Source: Chromera velia
Lineage: Eukaryota
NCBI GenBank assembly: GCA_018398765.1
Contig: JAHBMJ010000387.1
Span: 1-49,483 of the forward strand
DNA: 49,483 nt
Direction of reading: 5' to 3'
Shown: positions 27,325 through 38,678 of the stretch, in pieces
Layout: each line of letters starts with the position of its first letter
How positions within the stretch are numbered: position 1 is the first letter of the stretch
Made by a program: the position numbers and the translations under genes
The notes under the pieces: generated by a model
What the model was told of the DNA's origin: nothing
Database searches by the model: none
The model's input: only the letters and a program-made list of their open reading frames with translations

Positions 27325-27565
27325 CATTTCCCTGAACCTAAGTGCCATTTAAAAAAATATAATCAAGATGATTTTTATCTGCGTCTTCGTTTTTCAAGAG
27401 ACCGTCCACGCCTGCGGCGTAGATGGTTAAGACACTGTCCAGATATGCGGCTTTGGCTTTCAAGACACCGTAAATGATCCGTGCCTGCACAGGCGCGGAC
27501 TTTCAAGCTTATCCAAAAATGTGGCTTAATTAAACTTTCAAGTGGTAGTTAGGTTCAAGGAGGTC
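27325..27565. mobile_element. MITE family A, copy 1 (~240 bp, 8-bp TSD)
   Basis: Perfect TSD cctcatgc at 27317-27324 and 27566-27573. TIR CCCTGAACCTAA...TTAGGTTCAAGGAGGTC. Homologous to 38913-39146 and 39689-39922. Confidence 0.9.
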
Positions 27566-27745
27566 CCTCATGCAAAACCCTTTACTTTTTTTTTTTTTTT
27601 TATCAGTTGAACAACTGTTGTTTGAGTGTTGCACAAGTGTTGTTCACGTGTTGCACAAGTGTTGCTGAGTGTTGTTCAGGGTTAAAAAGTAAAAGAGTAT
27701 AAAAGAGAGAAAAAAAAAAATCTCTGTAAGGACTAGGCTAAGGTG

Positions 27746-27860
27746 CGGTGTTAAGAGTTACTCTTTTAGTTTGGTTACTGGCTGGCCGTTTAGACGGTTT
27801 AGTTTGATTACTCTTTTAGTTTGGTTACATTTTAAACCATCAAAGTTACTCTTAACACCG
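27746..27860. mobile_element. 115-bp MITE family B (17-bp TIR, putative 3-bp TSD GTG)
   Basis: CGGTGTTAAGAGTTACT...AGTTACTCTTAACACCG match 16/17. GTG flanks both sides. The internal direct repeat TTACTCTTTTAGTTTGGTTAC occurs twice. Confidence 0.75.
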
Positions 27861-28034
27861 GTGCGTGGATCTCCCTCGATCACTTATTTTTTTTCTTTAG
27901 CCGACGCCTAGGTTAGAATTTTAAAAACTTTCAATCTAGCTTTCAATCATTTTATAAGATGTTAGTAGATGTTAGTCAGCATTCTAGCTGACAGCTGGGT
28001 ACAGCTAGGGTGGCAGAGTTTGGGGACTCTCGGA

Positions 28035-28048
28035 AAGGGAGAGAGAGA

Positions 28049-28096
<48 letters not shown>

Positions 28097-28131
28097 GAGA
28101 GAGAGCGAGAGAGAGTAAAAGAGAGAGTAAA

Positions 28132-28166
<35 letters not shown>

Positions 28167-28261
28167 CAGGGAGACAAAGAGACAGAGAGAGACAGAAAGA
28201 GGAAGCTAGAGAGAAAGGAAGAAAGAAAGAAAGAAAGAAAGAAAGGAAGAAAGAAAGAAAC

Positions 28262-28296
<35 letters not shown>

Positions 28297-28373
28297 ACGA
28301 AAGAAAGAAAGAACGAAAGAAAGAAAAGAAAGAAAGGAAAGAAAGAAAGAAAGAAAGAAAGAAAAGAAAGAAC

Positions 28374-28432
<59 letters not shown>

Positions 28433-28519
28433 TGAATGAATGAATGATGGAAGGAAGGAAGGAAGGAAGAAAGAAGGAAAGAAAGGAAGGAAGGAAGGAA
28501 GAAAGAAAGGGAAGGAAGG

Positions 28520-28561
<42 letters not shown>

Positions 28562-28654
28562 GAAAAAAAAAAAAGGAAGGAAGGAAGGAGGGAAGGAAGG
28601 AAGGAAGGAAGAAAGAAAGAAAAGAAAGAAAGAAAGAAACAGAAAGAAAGAAAC

Positions 28655-28685
<31 letters not shown>

Positions 28686-28702
28686 AAAGAAAGAAAGAAA
28701 GA

Positions 28703-28761
<59 letters not shown>

Positions 28762-28900
28762 AAGAAAGAAAGAAAGAAAGGAGAAACGAAAGAAAGAAAT
28801 GACAAACGAAAGAAACGAACAAACAAAGAAGGAAAGCAAGGAAAAAGGCAAGAAGGAAGGAAGAAAGGAAGGAGGGAGGGAGGGAGGGAGGGAAAAAAGA
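28035..28900. repeat. ~870-bp polypurine compound microsatellite (GA/GAAA/GGAA)
   Basis: Seen directly in the sequence. Confidence 0.97.
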
Positions 28901-29183
28901 AGCAGACGGACAACAGGAAATGATTAACTGCGTCCAACAGAGCAAAAGAAGAGAATCACGGGAAAGGGGCAAAAGAATGAAAGAGAATTCTCGGAACGAT
29001 TGAACGAGGGAAAGAAAAAAAGAAACAGTGAGTGCAGGAGGGAGAGAAAGGATCAGTCGGGACAAATCAAAATCGACGTTCTAAGACCACAACAGACGCT
29101 GAATTGAAGATTCCGATGGTGTTTGTTGTCTCACTGTTCTCTGACAATGTGCAATTACATACACATTCTTCAATATCCCAAGA

Positions 29184-29750
29184 TCAGTTCAGTTCCATGA
29201 GTTTCGAAACTGCTCTCGCTAAGTGATCCCTCGTGTCTTCTAACGTTGCGTCGCTTTCCTCTGGTACATGGATGAAAACGCTTCTCGGTGTGATCCGGAG
29301 GGATCGATAGAGCGCGTAGTTGCACATCAACTTTCCAGCAAAATCACTGACGGGGAAATCTTCAGGGAGGACCAGCCCCGATTTGGCCGTTTCCTCCTTC
29401 CCTTTCTCTTTGTCAATTGGGACCCCTCGCGGCTGGAAACCTTCATTGTCCGCACACTCGAAGTCCATTTCGTTGACACCAGTCCTCTCAATCTGAACGG
29501 AACTCTTTACTTTGTCCCACACCCCCACAGAAATCAAAATATCTTTTTCCACATCCACCTTAGATTTCAATTCCTCGAAATAAGCGCTGATCGCCTTCAC
29601 AGAAGAGTACAGGACTTGAAACTTCACCGTGCCTTCCAAGAAGCCCTGCTTCTGGAGAGCTTCTACCGCGAGACCGCTGGGGTTGCCCTCTATCGAGAGA
29701 CCAAACGGCCCGTAGCCTGTCACATACACGCGCCCTTCAAATCGATGCAT
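29184..29750 (-). CDS. pcp: Pyroglutamyl-peptidase I (peptidase family C15), intronless, 188 aa
   Basis: Motifs VYVTGYGPFG...NPS, ISVGV, QIERTGVN (catalytic Glu), FAGKLMCNY (catalytic Cys) and FIHVP (catalytic His). Confidence 0.92.
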   Translation of the reverse strand: MHRFEGRVYVTGYGPFGLSIEGNPSGLAVEALQKQGFLEGTVKFQVLYSSVKAISAYFEELKSKVDVEKDILISVGVWDKVKSSVQIERTGVNEMDFECADNEGFQPRGVPIDKEKGKEETAKSGLVLPEDFPVSDFAGKLMCNYALYRSLRITPRSVFIHVPEESDATLEDTRDHLARAVSKLMELN

Positions 29751-30287
29751 CTCAGGAAAGATCCAAACAGTTGTATGGGTGCTAAGCACAGAAATGTTTG
29801 AAGTGCGCGAAAGAAGTGGAGAAGAGTACGACGACGCGTGGTTGGTTGGATTAATTGATCAAAGAATGACACTAACTTTGCTCAAGACGTCCAGCCTTTG
29901 GCTACTACTTAGCTTGGCACTGAGACCCTCTTAAAGGGCCTCTTTGTGATGCAGAGACTACAATGTCAAGGTCAGTCATTTTCAAGTCTTTCACGTAGCG
30001 TTCGCGCTGCGTGCGAAACGCCCGCATGCATATGCTTGTGGGGCACTTACTGGAAAAACGGGTGTAAACTGCGTCGGTGAGTCGACGGAGAGAGTGCATG
30101 TGATCATGGCATCATTATGCATTGCTCTGACGTTGCGTCATATTTTGTATGTGTGTGCACAAACCCCCACATGGCAGGTTGCCGCTGTCTCAGTTGGTGC
30201 GGGTCGGGGTCGGTTGTGAAGTTCTAGATATCCTCTCGTCTTTGTGTGCTCAACGCCAGTGTGGAGACGGCCGGAGATCTAACTGGA

Positions 30288-32140
30288 ATGATGTCACAGG
30301 GTGGAGAGAGAGGCGAGAGTCGAGCCGCGACTCGAGGAGAGTTCAGGGGGCACCGCATACTCGACAGTCCCTTTACTGATTATGACAGCACAGCCCGGCA
30401 GAACCCCTCAAGGGCAGGAAGGCAGAACTCCCTGAGCGACGGTCTTCAGGCCCTTCGTGCTGGCGGTCTAAAGAAGTACGGGTTTCTGCTCAGTAAGCTG
30501 GGCGAGGAGGAGGGGGGGGCGGGGATTCAGTATTCTGTCCCTCCCGCATTCTCGAAAAATGGCGACAAGGGTGAAGGAGAAATGGGAGCGGGTGACAAGA
30601 AAGAGGAAAAGAAGCGTGAGGTCTCGGGGTGGAGTCGTGCCGTCTCCTTTTACAACCGTGCCGTCTCCTTTTTTTCTTCCTTTGGGTGTGAGGCAACAAT
30701 GTGGTTCCCGACCACGGCAAACATCGGCTGCATCCTTTTGGATGCCTGGTTATCTTCCGAGATTGTTGCAAGGGAAGTCAAGGACGAAAACTCTCCCTTG
30801 GACGAGATAGTGTTCGCTCTCCGGGTTTACCAAATAGGTGAGTCAGTCAGTCGGTCTCAGTCAATCAGTTGGCGCTCTGCTCAATCGATCGATCAATGGG
30901 CTGCTCTTCTTACTTTTCGAAATCTTTTTTTTTGCCTTTCGAATGGATCTGCCCCTCTTCTTCTTTTTCCACCTGCATACATAGCTCAGAAAACACTAAA
31001 CCCATTCGGTCTATCGAATGAGCCTGAATGCCTTCTGTTTCTCCTTTTTCTGCAGCCTTCCTGCACATATACTTTGTCGAGGTATTGGTCAAGTATGCCT
31101 TCAGACCCCGTCTGATCTGCAAAAGCTTCTACAATGTGAGTCTTCGAACCGCGCAGACCAAATGCATGGAAAGGCGCAAGTGCGAGAAGATGGCGAGACT
31201 CTTTTCAAAGAAGTGTGAAGTAGACATTCGAAGAGAGAAGAAACATAGTCCGACAGATCAGCACGCAGACTGGCAGGGGGGTCGAGGAACCGAGACAAAG
31301 GCACAGGCACCAGCAGGCTTGGGGAGGGAACCGAAAGAACTGCCAACTGTAAAGGGACGAAAAATATGCTTTCAGCCTCGACGATGAGATCACAACTTTT
31401 TTCTTTTACGTATTCTTGCATGCAGTGGTTCGACTTGATTGTGGCTCTGGGTTCTGAAGCGCTCTGGCTTGCTGGTCTCGCGGATGGGCGCACAGACGGT
31501 TCTTCCTGCATGCTCGAATCTGTTGCGCGCAAGCTGCCGGTCTTTCGCATTGTGCGTCCGACCCAGGTGATTGCCTTCTTTGCCTGGCAGTCGAGGACAC
31601 GGGAGCTTTGGCTGTTGTTGATGGCGCTGGGCACTTCTCTCCGTATTTTGTTCTTCGGCGTGGCGATCTTCGTGCTTCTCTGCCTGGCGTTTGGGTCCGT
31701 GATCACGAGCATAGTCAACACGAACACGGCAGAGTTCCCCTCTCGGGCGTGTGTGTACTACACCGAAAGGGATGATGAATGGGGAAAGGAGGGGGAAAGG
31801 AGGGGGGACAGTCGGGAAGCAGTGTGTGATTGATTCAGTGAAGAAGAGCTGATGTGCCGAAGATGCGAGTCAAGCGGGCCCTTTCCTCCTTCCTCTGTTC
31901 CTCGATTGATTGTTGCAAGCAGGCATGACTCGAGATTGCGAGGACACCGTGACACAATTAATTGAGGAAAACGACTTGCGATGGAAGCTCCAGACACAGA
32001 ACAGTGAGGTCGGGAGATGTCTGACCTGCCAGCACTTCTTCTACATCGGGCATTCATTCGTCTCCTTTTTGCACCTGATCACACTTGAGAACTGGCCTGA
32101 GATTGTTTGGCCCCTCGTCAGGCGGTCAGTCAGTCAGCCT

Positions 32141-32173
<33 letters not shown>

Positions 32174-32342
32174 GCCTCCACCTGTCTATCTTCTTGTCTC
32201 CCTTTCTTCGCTTGGCTCCTCCTTCCTCCCTTCCTTCCTTTCTTTCTTTCTTTCTTTCTTTTCTTTCTTTCTTTCTTCCCCCCCTCCCTCCCTCCCTCCC
32301 TTCTTCTTTCCTTTCTTCCATCCATCCTTCCTCCCTTCCTTC

Positions 32343-32379
<37 letters not shown>

Positions 32380-32426
32380 CCCCCTCCCTCCCTCCCTCCC
32401 TTCTTCTTTCCTTTCTTCCATCCATC

Positions 32427-32463
<37 letters not shown>

Positions 32464-34201
32464 CTCCCTCCCTTCTTCTTTCCTTTCTTCCATCCATCCA
32501 TCCTTCGTTCTTTCTTTCTTTGCTTCGGCTCTGCTTCCTTCCTTCTTTGTATCTTCGTCTCTTGCATTCCTCCTCTCCGGCATCCGCAACGTTGTCTAGC
32601 GAGATTGATTGTGATTCCCCGTAGTCAGTCACTCCAGAAAGCCGCGCTTTCATTCAGATGCTCACTCAGCAGATGAGACTTCTTGCCTCTCCCTGACTCC
32701 CCGCGGAAGTCTTGAATGTCGAATCTTGCAGGTATTGGTGGACAGGCATTTTCTTCGGGCTGTTTCTTTCCATCTCGGCGTATGCTGTTGTGAACCTCCT
32801 CACGGCAGTTCTGGTTGATTCCGCTCTCGTGGTGCGTCTCTTCGTTTCCTTCATCAAACTGCTTTTCTTTCCTCTTTCTACTCCTTTTCATTCCTGTCTA
32901 CACACAATTGAGACCGACCTCTGACCATGGGGGAGATTTGTTGTTTTTCATGATTCTCCAGTTCATTCCGTCTTGAGAGGCCACTGAGGACCTCTGTCCC
33001 TATGCGAAATGGTCTCATTCTTCTTCCTTTGCTCTCCGTCTTTCTGCTTCGATTAAATTCTACCAGTCCACGCTTGAAGAAGCGGCTAGATTCAAGACAG
33101 ACGCTTTCTTTCTTGCCTGCCTGCCTTCCTCTTCCCTGCCTGCCCTCCCCTCCCCTACAGGTCCCTGGAGGTTCCAGTTTGATGGACAGGGTCGAGACCC
33201 TCAGAGCTCTCGACGTCCTCTCCAAGATTCTTCCCGAACCGGATTCTGATTCTCCCCCTCCCCCTCCCTCCCAGGCAGCTGGAGAGGGACGGACCGGAAC
33301 CGTGACACTGTCAAATACGGGAACGCAACCTCCGCAGGCACAGACGAGCACGACGACTCCAGCCGTTGCAGACGGAGAGCGAGAAAATACCTCCCGATCA
33401 TTGTCCCAGGGCCTAGATGACACCCTAGTTCACAGGTATACCCCCGAAGCATCAGGGGGTCTTGCTGGAGACCTAGAGCAGAGGTCAGAGCCTCTGCCGG
33501 CTGGGGCCGCTGCAGAGACTAGAGAAATGACCCGAGAGGACGAAACCACCGATGCGCGTTCAAGTTCCCGCCGTCGCACAGTCTCCATGAAGACTAACGA
33601 GTCCCCTCCCACTGACTCGACCGACCAAGAGTGCCCCCTTACAGGAAGACAGATCACATGGGCGATGCTGTCAAAGATTCTGTCGTTGAGCCATCAACCC
33701 CCCGATGACAGAGACCGCTGTTCTGTCCAGGGAAAGAAATTAGATTTAAAGTCTGTCAAAAAGATGAAGACTCTTCTGGACAGATTTGGGCTTGACGAGA
33801 ATGACATGCGTCGTGTGTACGACTACAGTCTGTTTGAGCATTATCCGCTGACTGCCGAGACGGTGAGCCTGTGTCAGGATGAGCATCCCGGAGTTCCTCT
33901 CTATGTTCTCACGCAGAATATGCAGAGATTCAAGGGAAAGGGCAGCGCATCTCCAAGGGAGATTCTGGATGTTCTGTCGAGAATTCCATCCATCCACCGT
34001 CACATTGTGTGTCTAGAGGGGCGGATGAAGCAGATGGAGACGCAGATGGAGGCCAACACAGAGCTTGTGCGTCAGATTAAGAATATGCTCGAATCTCAGA
34101 GCCAGAATGGGGAGGGGCAAAAGGAGAAGCAGAAAGTTGCGCAGGCAGCAGCAATGAACAAGGGCAGTAGCAGCAGTACGAACAAAGGCACCAATGCATG
34201 A
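30288..34201 (+). CDS. Single-domain 6TM cation channel (Ion_trans; BacNav/EukCat/CatSper-like) with a TLENW filter and a degenerate EF-hand-like/coiled-coil tail; exons 30288-30837, 31056-31135, 31426-31750, 31923-32124, 32732-32831, 33161-34201
   Basis: S2 [14 protein letters not shown]3 [12 protein letters not shown]4 [15 protein letters not shown]5 [19 protein letters not shown], pore [22 protein letters not shown]6 [25 protein letters not shown]. Splice phases are consistent. The start codon is uncertain. Confidence 0.85.
32145..32520. repeat. Intronic pyrimidine microsatellite with a ~90-100-bp higher-order unit, three copies
   Basis: CCCTCCCTCCCTTCTTCTTTCCTTTCTTCCATCCATCC recurs three times between about 32290 and 32500. 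Confidence 0.85.
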
Positions 34202-34819
34202 GAGAAAGACGAACGAAAAGACAGTGAGATGAATCATGAATGGATGTCCGGTTCCCGATCGATGATTGGGAGATGAAAAGATCGGAGGGGTAAGGTTGAG
34301 AGCTTGAGTGAGTCAGAGTGGGTCACTGGGGATCATGTGGACCGGTAGGAGTCAGGTTGTTGATGAAGTTTGCTCTTTTTCGTGAACATTGGCTACTTTC
34401 TCTTTTGTCAAGATTTTTCGCCTCCTCTGAACTTCTATTTAACCAAGAGACAGATAAAGAAGCACACTTATTGCCGGCCAACGGGCTTGCACCTTCAAAT
34501 GATAAGCCTGTATCTTCGCAGCTTTTTCTCTTCGATGTCCATCCTTAACGCTCACTCTTCTCGCACTCGTCGAATAGTGTGTGAAAGATAATTGTAGTCA
34601 TTCGATGCCAGTGCATGTGGTTGTCTCTCTTTTTCAGCGTTCTTCTGAAAAGTAACGGGAAAAGGGTGCAGATCAATCTTTTCGGTGATGCAGAGCTGTA
34701 GTATAGAGCCGACGTAGATCTTAAACTATGTATTCTATTGATCCAGTTCTTCTTCCCCCGACTTCATACCTTGGCGTACTACCGATCGAGTACTATAATT
34801 CGTATAAACTGCTTTCTCG

Positions 34820-35172
34820 CTAGGGGTAATTTTCAAAAAAAAAAAAATACAGTCTCCAGGGCATTTTTTTTTTTTTTTTGCTTTTCGATGACGACCTTCC
34901 TGGTGACCTTCATCAAGACATAACAAACATATACAACACCTTGCAACACAAAAGCAACATGTACAGTTGTATAACAGTGCAACAACATTGATTCATCATT
35001 ATAACAAAGAAACAATAGTATAACATCATTTAAACAACATTTGTTGATTCATGCAACACATCAACAACACTTTAACAACACTTTTTAGTTTTACACCAGA
35101 AAAAAAAATAAAAAAATAAAAAATACTGATCGACCAATGATCATGCATTTTTTTTAAAAAAATTACCCCTAG
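34820..35172. mobile_element. Non-autonomous TIR element (353 bp) with CTAG ends and an 8-bp TSD
   Basis: TIR CTAGGGGTAATTTT...AAAATTACCCCTAG. TSD ctttctcg (34812-34819) and atttctcg (35173-35180). Internal CAACA array and poly-A/T tracts. Confidence 0.85.
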
Positions 35173-35180
35173 ATTTCTCG

Positions 35181-36120
35181 TAAGGTATTAACTATGGTAG
35201 TATTAGTAAAAAGAATATTTGAATTAATTTGAATATGGGAATACTCGCAGTCCATTACTAGATATCGGTTTGCTAGTCGGTTTGCATAGCGTATTGAAGG
35301 GATACATAATAAAAGCATGCATCTCAAACTAGATCTAGAACATTCTGGAACTAGATTTGAAAATAACTTAAAGTATCAGCGAGATCATGGCATGATTGGC
35401 ATTATTTGTAGCTTGCTTATACAGAGAGAATAAAACTATTATATATTCTAGTATAGTGCGCAAGAGCTCTGCTAGCAGCTCTGATGAGATGACGCTATAG
35501 AGATGAGATGACAAAACTATGAGTTAACCCAGTAACCATCGTGACCCAATGGCTAAGGGCAGCCTGAGTTTGTGAACATTCAAGTGATATTGCAAAGCTA
35601 CTAAGGAGTGAGTGCTAGAGTGAGTGTTTGAATTTTTAGAATAAAATTTATAAAAAAGAGCACGGCTCAGAACGCTAAGCAATTACTGACCTAAAGCAGC
35701 CGAACCTACTAGTAGAGCCGAACTTTAGGACTACTGGGCCTAGTACTGGCTAGCAAGACACTGCTATCTAGTAATATTAACATCACTAAGCACTATTGTA
35801 GTAGTAGTTGAAGTAGTAGCAGAAAATTAGATCTAAAACTATAGCATTACATAAACCTATAAATACCTATAAAGAATAAATTGTATGGCTTATAGGATTT
35901 AAACAGTCACAATATCAAGAAAAATTGTTAAAAAATGATTGTAAAATACGAAGTATAACATGTGTTAATCTAAATAAACTATTAGTATTTGAATTATCAA
36001 TTATTGAATATAAGAAACATAAATTTATTGCTGATTAGAAACTTTAGTTAACTACTATACGATATACTAGACGATATAGTTATCACAATAAATACTGTGT
36101 GCAGTTTGAAAAAGAGACGT
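35181..36120. mobile_element. Heavily eroded, TpA-rich repeat relics
   Basis: Abrupt AT rise with dense TA/CTAG/TAGTA words, unlike the flanking genic DNA. No ORF of 60 aa or more in any frame. Confidence 0.5.
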
Positions 36121-36266
36121 GTTAAATTGTTGAAGAATGAGTTCGCAACGCGATCCTTCTAGCTATTCTTTCGTCGTTCATGTTCAATTTTTTTTTTCTG
36201 TCATATTTTTTATTCGGATCTCTGTTTTTCAAATATTTGGAAACGTCCGCCCTTCCCGCTTGCACC

Positions 36267-38286
36267 TCAGATGTCCCAAGGCTCGGGCTCGATCTGATCA
36301 GTCTCCAGCTGCCGCATGAAGTCTGCCAACAGGTTTGGCTGTTGCAAATGCAGCAAATAGCAGTGAAAGGAGCAGATCGATCGCGGGATTCAAAATCTGC
36401 ACTATCAGATAGCGCCTGGGTACCTACCGGAATCGCGCCTGGGTACCTCTTGTCGATGTTCTGGAGCATGAAGGTGTACAGCTTCACCTGTGGGAGGAAT
36501 CAAACAACGGCAATCAGGCAACCAAACACTTGCGTCGCGCTTTTAATACGCACCAGTTTGAATACGCACCTGAGAGCCTCTGCTAGATATGTCACTTTCC
36601 CCGACGGCGAACTGAATGACGTTGGTGCCCCGCCCGTGCTCAGCTTGGCTGCATCGCACTCATCCACCAACACCCAAGGACCATTCCGTCTGTCTGACAA
36701 ATTCTGACAAGTGAATGCACAAACTGTCTTCTTTTGAGTGACAACTGCGGGACATGCTGACAAGGCATCCAAGGCATCTTTGTCGTAGGCGTAACCGTTC
36801 TCATCTCGAGAGAACTCATCGGAGTTCGCCTCGGTGATCTCCTTCAGGGTGAAAGGACACATCTGCAGAAGAGCAAGCTTCGTGGTCACACTGCGTGATT
36901 CATGAAGCTACAGCGACTCTGAGGCCGGAGTTCAGCATGTGGAGATTTTGGCCGACATTCTTGTTGATATTGGAGTTCATCATGTCCACATGGAGTCGAC
37001 GAAGAGCTTTTCTTGCGTTTGTCTTCTCTTCACTCTCGTCTTCGGGCTTCACCCGCCTTGCGTAGCCAAAGAAGTTGAAGTTGACAGCAATGGCAACCAG
37101 GACGACGAAAGAGAAAACAGAGGCAATGACGATCGCTTGAATCTTCAGTCGCGGCGGGTTCAAAGGAAGCATCAAGCGAGAGGCGACCATATCGATTGAC
37201 TGAGAAAGGCCATCGTAGTCAGTCAGAGAGTTCTCCATCGTCTTGCCCAGCTGCGCAATGAAACGGCTGCACGGACACAAACATTGTGCGGCTGATGGGA
37301 TGGCACTGCAACTTCTGCCACGGAGAGCAGTCTTGCCCACCTGTAAATCTTCCAAGATAGCGCAGGCTCCACTCCTTTTCCCCCTGTGTACATCAACGCG
37401 ATTGGAGGTTAAAGCGTGAAGAGAACGTAGGTATTTGCATGATAACCCAGAGGAGCGGACGTACAAATGGCGGACAGCTTTTTGCTTTCCTTGTCGTAAG
37501 CCAAAACCACGCCATCATTGCAAGCTGCAGCAGAAAGAGACCAGGCAGAAGGAGTTTGGGTACAAACCTTTCCACCGGGCTTTGCGGGTCGTTAGATCTG
37601 ATGGCTGACCACCTCCAAGCGCCATGGTCTTCTTCAGATGCACGACAAGATCGTCAGTATCAAGTCCCGAGCCGAGCCCTCGTGTGAGAGCGAGAACGAT
37701 CTGTTGTAGAACATAAAGGCGCTGAGTCAAATGCTCTCCTCACGGGATGGTTTTGGCGGGACAAGAAAGCGAGAACTACCTCGTAGGGCTTCCTCTTCGA
37801 CCCGCATTTGTGTTTCAGCGTGTCCCGAAGCCCTTCGATCTTCTTGTCAAGTAAGTTCCCGTCTTCTCTCTGATTGAGGAGAGCGCACACTTTGAGAGTT
37901 CCCTTCCGCGCCGGACATGTTCTGGAAAGCAAGCTGCTGAGCTGACCGTCAAAATGTGGTCCTGCAAATGCCATGGAGTAGAGTGATTCGGAAGGATTGG
38001 GAAAGAATTGGGGACCGCCGACATTCGTAAGTTCAGAAGCGCTTACCGGATCGCAGACAAATGCGATGGGGTATTCGCCACGACCACATCGTGATGCTCC
38101 GATTTCAGTTTGAGGGTTGGGATACTGGTCAAGAGGAGTTCCTGATCTCGAGATCAGTCTGCCCTCTCGAATCCGTTCAGCGATCGAAGCTTGGTCTTCC
38201 GCATCTACAACGACACGATTTGAGTGACGTGCAGCTCCCAGGAGAACTGCCAGTGCAATCAGCAGCAAAAATAGAGGACAACGCAT
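36267..38286 (-). CDS. Signal peptide + MOLO1/TPM domain + TM + U-box/RING-like cytosolic tail; exons 38286-38047, 37961-37947, 37869-37780, 37700-37568, 37524-37465, 37383-37341, 37266-36957, then 36862 to 36267 (3' junctions partly ambiguous)
   Basis: YPNPQ...RCGR...FVCDPDHILT...KHKC...YEIVLAL...CNDGVVLAYD...WGKGV fits MOLO-1-type TPM domains. TM segment AIVIASVFSFVVLVAIAV. Tail MCPFTLKEI...NGYAYDKDAL. All introns are short (~60-110 nt). Confidence 0.8.
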
Positions 38287-38678
38287 CCCCTCAAAGGGTT
38301 TCCGCGTCTGAAACACGGATGACAACGGACCCTGCCACTCAGTTGGCAATCAATGGCGATCGGTCGAGCGACAGGAAGACACGCCCTGCGGCTCGCTGAA
38401 TGTCTGAGGTCGAACCGACCGCAAGGACGATCCACAATTAATGATCCAAACTGCATGATTCGAACGCGAAAAGTGTGTCTGTATTGCTAAATTAATTCAA
38501 GTTGTGTATCGATTGATATATATATATATATACATTTTTTAAATGTTTAATATATATTAATATTATACATTTTTTTAAAATATTTAAAAAGTTGGTGTTC
38601 CGTGACACACCAAACAGTTTTGGGTGCATGAGTGCCTCGAAATGTGCGGCCAGCTTAATTAATTAATTCGCAAATTAA

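Larger units (their letters stand above)
27278..27911. mobile_element. Non-autonomous TIR element with CTAG ends, hosting two nested MITEs
   Basis: TIRs CTAGGCGTTGGC and GCCGACGCCTAG. Flanks gggagaat (27270-27277) and gttagaat (27912-27919) match 6/8 as a putative TSD. Internal poly-A/T tracts and a GTGTTG array are present. Confidence 0.6.

Noticed and set aside
27610..27685. Periodic GTGTTG array as a CRISPR or telomeric repeat
   Set aside because: The units are ~11 bp and degenerate with no spacers, and the array is internal to a TIR element in a eukaryotic context.
27962..29065. Long F/L/S-rich and K/E/R-rich ORFs (also at 8771-9443, 32085-32676, 43381-43991, 46229-46704)
   Set aside because: These are translations of microsatellites.
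35480..35525. CTGATGAG, a possible hammerhead ribozyme core
   Set aside because: There is no properly placed GAAA and no convincing stems I-III.
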